This document shows positions 53,791 to 64,000 of a stretch of 64,000 bases of DNA, in pieces. The DNA lies in contig NC_043009.1 in NCBI RefSeq assembly GCF_006345805.1, positions 67,704,001-67,768,000 of the forward strand, in the 5' to 3' direction. The notes under the pieces were generated by a model. The model saw only the letters and a list, made by a program, of their open reading frames with translations, was not told where the DNA came from and ran no database searches. Every line of letters begins with the position of its first letter. Position 1 is the stretch's first letter. Position numbers and translations under genes: made by a program. The DNA comes from Octopus sinensis (taxonomy: Eukaryota).

Positions 53791-53899
53791 ATTTTGTTGA
53801 ATTTTCTGCTGCTTTAAATAAAGCATATTACTCTACCACTGGTATTTGAGTACTCTTTTTTCCACCTTGTTTCACATTTATGTGTTTACTCCGGTATAT

Positions 53900-53944
<45 letters not shown>

Positions 53945-54057
53945 GCGAGAGGGAAAGAGAGAGAGAGAGAGAAGGAAAGAGAAAAAGAGGCATATATTTG
54001 TATATATATGTATGCATATATACATATAAATACACAGAAATAGTGGCGGGGGGAGGT

Positions 54058-54089
<32 letters not shown>

Positions 54090-54157
54090 ATATATATATG
54101 GTGTGTGTGTGGTGTGTTTGTGTTTGTATGTATATGTTATACGTTATATACATATGT

Positions 54158-54188
<31 letters not shown>

Positions 54189-54805
54189 GTTTTATATTTA
54201 TATTAATATATAATATATACATATGTTTTATATTTATATATATATATATATATACACATACATACATGCACACACTGACACACATACATACAATAATGGA
54301 CATTTATTACTTCCGATATCTGCATTTGCTAGTGTTTGTGTGTGTTTGTATGAATGCATTTGTATGTTTTTGTGTTACGTGTATGATAAACAAGATTTAC
54401 ATTATGGAGCGAATTTTTTTTTTCACTCTCAAACCGAGTCTCTGTAGACACGAGACTGAACAATAACAGATCGGCAATAAGAATATGTAAATCTGTTTAG
54501 ATGACGAATATTTATCAAAGGCTACAAAATGCTAATACATGGATGTTTTTATGTTCTTGTAAAAATAAAACAACCTCTCTCTCTTTATCTCTCTCTCTCT
54601 CTCTTCTCTCTTTCACCCTCCTTCTCCCTCTCTCCATCTCTCTCACTTTCTCTCTCAATGCACACACACAAAAACATATATATACTTGATATATGTATAT
54701 ATTAATATTAATATATATATATATTAATCCTGTCCGGCATTCGCCACGATAGATCGCTAGCTACTACACATTCCTTATTTTCTCTCCGTGTTTCTTTCTG
54801 TGTTC

Positions 54806-54841
54806 CTTTCTGTAGAAGAGCGTAGGCTCGAAACGTTAAAG
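54806..54841 (+). ncRNA. Minimal hammerhead motif (A6U variant) in an approximately 185-bp element (54727-54911) within (TA)n
   Basis: cttt CTGTAGA a GAGC gtag GCTC GAAAC GTT aaag. Confidence 0.68.
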
Positions 54842-54907
54842 ACTTTTTCACTTCCCGAGCGTTATACTAATACACCTGTATTCGCCTTTTGTTTTTTTGT
54901 GAATTCT

Positions 54908-54945
<38 letters not shown>

Positions 54946-55365
54946 TGTGTGTGTGTGTGTGTGTGTGTTGTGTGTGTGTGTGTTGTGTGTCTGTGTGTCT
55001 GTGCGTGTGTGTATGTATTTGTATATGTATGTATGTGGTTAGGCAGGCAGGTAGGTAGGTAATTATGTAGGTATGTATGTATGTAGGTAGGTAGGTAGGT
55101 AGGTATTTGTCTATTAGTATGTCGATCAAAGCACATTCACTGTCTGGGCTACCTGATGTCATCCACAGTTACGATATAATTTTCAGATGCAGGATGTGTT
55201 GAAACGATCGTCGTGCTGAATAAAGATTCGTACTAAATCCATCTTCCGTTTCCTTTATCAACTATATATGTGAATGTGTGGGTGTGTGGGTGTATCAATA
55301 AACGGTCAGACAGACAGATAGATACACAGACAGACACACAGACACACAGACACGCAGACACACAA

Positions 55366-55642
<277 letters not shown>

Positions 55643-56265
55643 GGATAGACTCAATTCGCCAGACAAACTGTCAGTCTCAGTTTCATTAAAAATCCATCTC
55701 CTCCACAAGTATTGAGCACTCTGGTCTCTTTTGTTTGACATAAACCAACGTACCAATAATATAAGTGTATGTGTATGTATTTGTGTGTGTATGTGTGTTT
55801 ATATGCACATGCGTATATATATAAATACTCATATATGTCTGTGTATATCTTGTGATAGTGTGTATATGTATATGTGTGTATATATTATATATTTTCCGGT
55901 CGGTAACCAATCGCATTTTGTGTTTTTATTCTCTGCATTTATGCGTACGTGTGTGTGGGGAGGGGGATGCTGTGGAATTTTAATTAATAGATCTCCATGT
56001 AAGCAAGTATGTTCGAAGCTTTAGGTCACAGAGTCACATTGCACCTAGACGACAGCAATGTAACATATTCGCCATCTTGTTCAGGAGATCACAGTTGATG
56101 CGACGTTTTCGGATAACTTAAACAACAAAAAAAAGTGAAATTTATTTGTAATGAATAATGTAGAATTATTTTCGAATGAAACTGAAATAATGAAGCAAAA
56201 GGAGAAAAGGTAGACATATGTGTGTGGGGAGAAAGAGACAGAGATATACAGAGAGAGACAGAGAG

Positions 56266-56303
<38 letters not shown>

Positions 56304-56304
56304 G

Positions 56305-56366
<62 letters not shown>

Positions 56367-56367
56367 C

Positions 56368-56408
<41 letters not shown>

Positions 56409-57000
56409 AATAGAGAGAGAGGACAAAACAATCATCATGAATCGTATTTGTATTCATCTCTGTTCATTTATGCATGTGTGTGTATGTAAATATATAAATT
56501 GGTTTTATATGCATATAAATATAGAAATTTTTTTTTTGAATATATATATATTTCCTATGAACGAAAATTGATTTCGTAAATTAAAAATGTTAATTTTTAC
56601 TTAAAAAATCTTAACTCAGATGAAGCTCAAAATGCAATTTATGTTAACGCAATAGATCGAAAAAGAAAGCGAACGTTGTTTTTGAAAATAAAATAAATTC
56701 TGAATTTATTTATTTGATTTCTATATCTATATCACTTAGATATACAACGGTAGTATTATTCTTCTAAAACATTTATGTATGGGTTGTATGTACATGTAAA
56801 GATATGTCTGATTACATGGGAGGAGAGAACAATTGCGGCCAATCGTATTCCGAATTGGTATTTACTACATTCCGAATATTCATTTTTGTATTTGGTAGTC
56901 CTGCGTTACCTTTAAGAGCTATGAAGATTTTCTTTATTAATTTGGATCACGTAAATATCATGTTGAATTACCAGCTAAGTAAATAAATTGATAATGTAAC

Positions 57001-57565
57001 TGGTACTCCGTCGGTTACGACGACGAGTTTCCCAGTTGAACCTATCAACGGAACAGCCTTCTCCTGAAATTAATGTGAAAGTGGCTGAGTACTCCACAGA
57101 CACGCGTACTCTTAACGTAGTTCTCAGGGAAGATGCAGCATGACACACACTGTGACAAGGTTGGCCCCTTTTGAATTACAGGTACTGCTCATTAAGGCGG
57201 CGAGCTAGCAGAAACGTTAGCATACCGGGCGAAATGCTGAGCGGTATTTCGTCTGCCGCTACGTTCTGAGTTCAAATTCTGCCGAGGTCGACTTTACCTT
57301 TCATCCTTTCGGGGTCGATTAAATAAGTACCAGTTACGCACTGGGGTCGATGTAATCGACTTAATCCATGTGTCTGTCCTTGTTTGTCCCCTCTGTGTTT
57401 AACCCCTTGTGTGTTGTAAAGAAATAGGTACTGCTCATTTTTGTCAGTTGAGTGGGTTTCAGCAACGTGAAATAAAGTGTCTTGCTCAAGAACACAACGC
57501 GCCGCCGGGATTCGAAACCAGAACCTTAAAATCGTGAGCCTAACACTCTAACCATGGAGCTACGG
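57001..57565 (-). mobile_element. tRNA-derived SINE interrupted by a family A SINE
   Basis: Head 57440-57565 resembles that of 1740-1835; tail 57001-57180 is the reverse complement of the 13410-13585 tail. Confidence 0.82.
57194..57425 (+). mobile_element. Young SINE family A copy with perfect 14-bp TSD
   Basis: TSD AGGTACTGCTCATT at 57180-57193 and 57426-57439. Confidence 0.93.
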
Positions 57566-58163
57566 TGAACGGAATTCTACGATCAAGGCTCACAGCATTC
57601 TTTCAACAATGTCAAATTGATTGCATTAACCAAAATCCCAATTTGTCTCCAAAAATATTGCATTTTCCAAGAGAAAAGAAAATGCTTCCAAACACGTATG
57701 GATGGCATATATATCCTTGGATATTTAGCTGTGGAAATGAGTGACACACGGACACATCCGATCCATTGAGGCCGTCTGAACTAATCTCTCCCTTCTTTTA
57801 TCTTCTGAGTTTGGAGCCTGTCAATATTACTGCTCTTGAGAAATTTCCCCTTGACCTTGTGACCTTAATATCTATGAAACAGGTTCCACTGTAGACCGGT
57901 CAAGTGCCCAAAACGTTGGTGTCAAAACTATTACTGCAATTGCATTGTGGGATGTTTAGGTGAAAAAGGCAAATTCTGACTGCCATATTTATTAAATTCT
58001 GTTTAGAACGCTTTATCTTTTTCCCTTTACATTGATTATTTTTGTCAAAATTTAGGGGTTTGTAACAATTGTATGGAAGAAAGGAGATAGAGAGATAACA
58101 TTGGTGTAAACCAGTTTTCCTGTATCCAACTATCTTTTTCCTCAAGTAGATGGATAGATTAGA

Positions 58164-58273
<110 letters not shown>

Positions 58274-58517
58274 GATTGATGGATGGCTGATGGATGGATG
58301 GGGAGAGAGAGATGTAATATGCATGTGGACATAGGACACTGAACTGTTGTCGCTTACCTGGGGCTGCCTTTACATAAGCAAAAAAATATTTCATAAAGGA
58401 TTCGTTACGTTATTTAATGTTGTAATTTTTTTATACTGAGCAGTGTTGCTTGTATGTGAAAAGATATATGCACTCTTCATGTATTTATGTGTGTATATAT
58501 ACATACATATATATATA

Positions 58518-58575
<58 letters not shown>

Positions 58576-58667
58576 TATATATACAATTGCAGCGTGGAAG
58601 GTGTTTATAAGCCATTTAAGAAACACACAAAAACCGTTAGATTCACTTCAACATTTAAATTTAATTC

Positions 58668-58712
58668 GTCAAATTATTTTCGTCGCTTTGAGACCGCGAC
58701 ATGTTCACTGAC
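58668..58712 (-). ncRNA. Hammerhead-like motif (G3-C8 variant) in an approximately 215-bp element (58582-58797) within (TA)n
   Basis: Minus strand: gtca GTGAACA t GTCGC ggtctcaaa GCGAC GAAA ATA ATT tgac. Confidence 0.6.
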
Positions 58713-58795
58713 AAAGCTTCGTGTGCATCTCTGCAATGTTTTCGTTCCAGCACACGATCTCAGATCAAGTCACTTGCTATGCAAGTACATCTCCG

Positions 58796-58840
<45 letters not shown>

Positions 58841-59112
58841 ATATAATACATACATACATATATATTTATATATATGTATACACATAAATACGTACATACA
58901 AAAATATATATGAAAATAATGTATTTTCTTCAATATAAATTTCTATGCATACATGCATGTGTTTGTGCACAGGCGTGAGTGTATATAAATTATATATATA
59001 CTTGTGCGTGCACGTGTGAGTGCATGCGTGTGTGTATGCATAAATATAGATATGTATATATATGTACATATGTATATCTGTAATTTGTATACATATACCT
59101 GTGTGTGTGCGT

Positions 59113-59157
<45 letters not shown>

Positions 59158-60153
59158 TATCTCTTTTCGCGAGTGCGCATCTTTGATATGCACAAATCTA
59201 ACGTGTATGTTATGTAAAAAAATTTCTAAATATAGTTATGAACTTTCTTGAAGCAAATTCATCGAGATTTTTGGTTTTTTTTTCACCAAATCTTGATATT
59301 TGCGTTTGAGGATATCAAAGGAATTTATTATCAAAGGTTTTTTGCCCTTCATCATTATTTCCTCGTTCCTTTATCTCTTTATTTATTTATTATGAATGGA
59401 AACTGTTACAATCCATCGTTTTCGTTTGCGGCATTGTTCGTGATGGTCACGTTATGAGGAACGAAGGATTATATCATATTTTCTTTTTCTTTTTTTAATC
59501 CATTATTTCTTTTGTTTCCTTTAAAAAAATCAACCAACCATTCTTCGTGTTTTCTTCGTTAATTTTAGTTATGTTTCTTGTTTATGAATCATATTTTTAT
59601 ATTTAACAGAATTTTTTTCTTCTGTTTTACCACAAGGGTTTTTTTCCACTCTTCTACATCTTCCATTTATATCTCATTGTCTCAGTTTTTATGTTGTTCT
59701 CTCCTCTTTTCATTTTCGTTTTGCTTTTTTGCATCTAGTAAAAATATTTATCAGAAATGGTTGGTCCGCTTACAAATTTATCAAAAATCGCAAAAACTAC
59801 ATGGTACTAAAAGTACTAAAAAAATAGGCACAACAAAAAGTTAAACAAATAAAAACAACATTAAACAGAGATTCATCGAGAAAAAAAGTACTGTAAAAGG
59901 TGCGAAACCTCGTGTAAATTTAACCTTTATGGGATTATCCATTAACAGATTAAATCTACCGGATTGCAACAAGGAGTTGAGAAGAGGTAACTTCCGCGAG
60001 TTCACCTGAAGTGGGAACTGAAGAACTTGGTACATGCAGATCAGGACTAGTACCCCACAACTTCTTTTGAAGATTTTTATATTTTCTACCTCGGCGAGTT
60101 TTTCGTATGCTCAATCTGGTCGCATCTCGATAGAAACGGGAGATATTATATAG

Positions 60154-62126
60154 AATGCATCGTTGAGCAATTTTTGAGACGTTGATGTTTAAAAAACACC
60201 AATTTGAAGTTATTCTATTTTGAAGCACGATATCAGAAACAGATGAGCTAGCACTTCGTCCCTTGAGAGTACCAGCCTGTAGAACCACGTTTTTTATCTT
60301 GTGATAAGGAAGGAATATTAATCACAGCTGAAAATTCCCAAGAGGCCGGTGAGAGAACGAAGGTAAATAAGAAAAAAACCTGCTGTAAAAGGAGACTCGG
60401 TTAATACGCGAGGAGGAACATTTTTTTTTTCATACGATTATAAATTTCCGTCTTCGAAAAATAACGAAGAAAATTAAGAGAACGAAATGTTCTCAGGGTT
60501 ATGTACAGACAAGAAAATATGAGCGAACAGACCTGACATCAATCTAAAAGAGAGATGATTCAGGCCTTGTATACTAACCGGTGAAGTTTGTCTAGATGGG
60601 AGTACCATCTCAGTAAGTTAGGTTGAAAAACCGTCCAAATACTAATGGAGAATTGAAATAACGAGAATGAGGAATGTTAGCGCAAAAATTTTCCGAAAGG
60701 TTATAGGAGTTTAAGTAATTATGAGTAAAGAAAAAAAAAGAAGGTATTGAAGACTTTCCTGTGAGAACTATCACAGACTAAGCCCAGAAAATAACGCTGT
60801 TAAAAGTTATCAATATTCTACGACAAACACAACCTATAGACTAAAGAAAAGAATGAAATCTACTTTCCTTTTAGTGCTAGAGAAAGGTTAAAATGGTAAA
60901 ATAAGCTTACTCTTTATAGGATAATAAAATTGATAACTATTATTACTCTATTTTCATTGGGTAATCTATCCTTGTGGACATAAACATGCAAAGCGAATCT
61001 TGTCATACAAAAAGATTACAAAACGTGAAAACATAAAAATAAACAAGAATACAAGAATTCAAAGTGAATAAACAATTATCATATAAAATATATGTGCACA
61101 GAAGGTTTAGGTACTGCATCCAATGAAGCCCGTTCACCTTGACTAATTTCCATTCATTTCACCTTCTGCAAATTAAATTCCCTGAATTTTCTGAGGGCAT
61201 CATAGGTTTTAAACGAACCGCAAGATCTCCTGCGCCCTCAAGGTCGAGTTCAATTTGGTGCTGATAGAGTGTTACTGTTGTTTACAACAACCATCAACAA
61301 CTTTGATCCCTTCTCTCCTCTTCAAGTAGCACACAGTAGTTTCTGACAGTTTTCTTTTTTTTTTTATAAGTTGTCGTTCCCATTTGAGTTGCTGAAGCAG
61401 TTCATATATTCCAGAAAAGAGGCGCCTCTTCCTGACAGCCTTCCAGCAGCGCACTTGCTTTTAAACTGGACCCATTCTAATCTTTCCTTTCTTTCGTTTT
61501 CACTGACACACAACATATATTCATATATTCACAGAACAACAAACACGTATTTTATACAACAGAAAAACACTAAAATAGCCCCAGACATTACAACCCAAAC
61601 CTAACACCAAACCAAAACTGACATAATAGTTTTCGTTTGGAATAGCAAAGAAAATATTTTGAAGCACGATGTCAGAAACAGATGAGCAAACACTTCGTCC
61701 CTTGAGAGTACCAGCCTGTAGAAGCACGTTTTCATCGTGTGATTAGGAAGGAATATTAATCACAGCTGAAGATTCCCAAGTGGTCGGTGAAAGAACGAAA
61801 GTAAATAAGAAAAAAACCTACTGTATAAAGAGACTCGGTTAATATGCGAGGATGAACAATTTTTTTCCATAGGATTATAAAATTCCGCCTTCGAAAAATA
61901 ACGAAGAAAATTCAGAGAACGAAAACCACTCAATTGACAAAATTACGCATCTCTGGAGTTAGGAACTTTCTGAATAAGTTATAATTCTAAAAGCCAGAAT
62001 ACAAGCAACAGCAAAAGATAGATTACTAGTAAAATTATTAGACATGGCTCAGAGTTTTAAATAGAATAACTTCAAGATGGTGTTTCTTAAACATCAAAGG
62101 TTTCAAAATATGCTCAACGGTGCATT
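60154..62126. mobile_element. About 2-kb unclassified element with 67-bp inverted ends and 270-bp internal direct repeats
   Basis: 60154-60220 is an imperfect reverse complement of 62059-62126; 60216-60487 is repeated at 61655-61924. Confidence 0.6.
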
Positions 62127-62329
62127 TGGCTGAACTCGATCAGAGTTACAATAACGTTTAAGTGAATACAGTCGTTGTGTACTACTCAAGGTCTACCTAA
62201 CACGTTATTTTCCGCATTATTTCCCTCCTTAAAACAGTTTATATTCTTAGAAAGGTGTTTTCTGGTTAATGCCTTGTGTTAGACATTGATATTTAGCTTG
62301 AAGAGAAAAAAAAATTATAATTATGATAG

Positions 62330-62634
62330 TCATCATCATTATCACCATCGTCATCACCGTCGTTGCTGGTTTACCGACCACTTTTCCATACTTGTGTGGG
62401 TTTTACGGAATTTGTTGAGCTAGATTTCTTATCGCTGGATGCCCTTACTGTCGCCAACCCTCCCTTGTTTCCAAGGAAAATATTTCCAAACGGCCAAAAA
62501 AGGTTTAACGAAATACTAAAAGCAAAGCACATCGGTTGCATCAATGTGACACGCGTTTATATCCATCCCACGACGTGAAGACAAGGAGGCAAGACACGCA
62601 CGCACGCGCACGCACACACACACACCACACACAC

Positions 62635-62676
<42 letters not shown>

Positions 62677-62875
62677 TATATATCATGCATATTCGTACAT
62701 GTATGTATATACATACGACGGGCTTTCACAGTTTCCATCTACCAGGTTCGCTCACCATACATTGGTCAGCCTGTAGGTATTGTAGAAGACCTTCGCCCGA
62801 AGTGATGTGCAGTGGAACTGAACTCGGGACCACATTGTTGAGACGCCAAACTTCTTAATCACAGAACCATGACTG
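62330..62875 (-). mobile_element. SINE: family-B-like head, microsatellite, GGTTGGCGACAGTAAGGGCATCCAGC domain and RTE-like (GAT)n tail
   Basis: Head 62715-62875; tail shares TTTCCAT.CT.G..TGGG...ACGG and GCTGGATGCCCT with 43620-43755. Confidence 0.65.
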
Positions 62876-62899
62876 TATAATAATGATAACAAATAATCC

Positions 62900-63060
62900 T
62901 TTCCGCTAATCGATGAAATATTGTAGCGAGGAGCAAAGTCGATCGCATCGACTCCTGTACTCAGTTGGTTGTTAATTTCATCGACCCCCTAAAGGGGAAA
63001 AGATAATGTCGACCTCAACAGAATTTGAACTCAGAATGTAAAGAGGAACGAAATGCCCAT
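62900..63060 (-). mobile_element. Degenerate SINE family A
   Basis: TCGACCCC...GTCGACCTCAACAGAATTTGAACTCAGAA. Confidence 0.7.
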
Positions 63061-63087
63061 ATGCCTTATTAACAACAACTACTACAG

Positions 63088-63172
63088 CAAGAAGAAGGAG
63101 GAAGAGGAGAAGAAGAAGAAAAAGAAGAAGAAGGAGGAGGAGGAGGAGGAGGAGGAGGAGGAGAAGAAGAAG

Positions 63173-63200
<28 letters not shown>
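63088..63200. repeat. (GAA)/(GAG) trinucleotide repeat
   Basis: Directly visible. Confidence 0.95.
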
Positions 63201-63203
<3 letters not shown>

Positions 63204-64000
63204 TTTGCATAGAATCTGAAATTAGCGAAATATCTTGGGAAATCTCAGACAAAAAGAATTCCAGTGAAAGACTCAAAAAATTGTTTGTATATCTGGTATT
63301 AACAAATAGCATTCATTATTTATTTATCAATGAGCTAAACTAATTAGAGAATGGAACTTGTGAGATTCCAGAGTGGCGAAGATGTTCGGATTTCAGGGAG
63401 GGTGTAGGGGTGAGGCATGTATTTGGATATTAGTGTGTGGTGGGGGTGTTGGATCGTGTTGGAAGGGGTTGGCTGGATGTTAACTCTTCTGCTGCCATCG
63501 ATAGGTTTTTTTTTATATACATTTTCCCCATTTGTTTGGCCGCACATAATTATGACTATGAATTATATATGCGTGTGTGTCTGAGTGTGGTGTGGTGTGT
63601 GTGTGTGTGTGTGTATTGATGCATGCATGTATTTATGTATGTGTGTGTGTGTGTGTGTGTTCTCTTTCTCTCTTTAGTTTAGAGTAAATTTGATCGGCCA
63701 CCAACTTGGTAGCAAGGTTGGGAAGAAAAATATCTTGTTTTGTTCATAACCCTTTAATCTTCAGAAGGTCTTGCAGATTTTTATAGCCCCAGGCATCGGG
63801 GTCATTTGAAGCGTTTAGTAACAGAGTGTCGTAAGCGCCACGCCGGCCATTTTTCGAGTTAGTATATCCTTTTCTTTATCTCGACGTCTAGAATCCGAAA
63901 AAGTTGGGAGAAAGAACCGATGAGACTTGCAATGAGGTCGAAAATCCGACTGAAAAAAATTGTACCTCGATGCTATTGACACGACGCTCGCTCAACCAAA

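Overview
AT-rich eukaryotic, repeat-dominated DNA. The SINE families and the dense (TA)n/(CA)n/(GATA)n tracts suggest an octopus (cephalopod) genome; this is an inference. I can support no intact host gene. Nearly all ORFs in the track are microsatellite read-through artefacts (YIYI, LSIY, CVCV) or transposon fragments. Supported content: (1) a young 5'-truncated Penelope-like element (RT C-half plus GIY-YIG) with inverted pseudo-LTRs at about 1985-4313, and an old degenerate Penelope-like element at about 19990-21530; (2) two decayed mariner transposons and three mariner MITEs; (3) RTE, CR1 and restriction-like-endonuclease LINE fragments; (4) more than 30 SINE copies of several tRNA-derived families, some tandem or nested with clean TSDs. 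The most notable signal is a set of about 7 type I hammerhead ribozyme motifs from unrelated families. Most lie in small non-coding elements embedded in (TA)n tracts, and they show C3-G8, U3-A8 and G3-C8 core covariation. One sits in an 846-bp retrozyme-like 1.45-mer of a 583-nt unit (9234-10079). Coordinates were counted by eye and may be off by a few bases.
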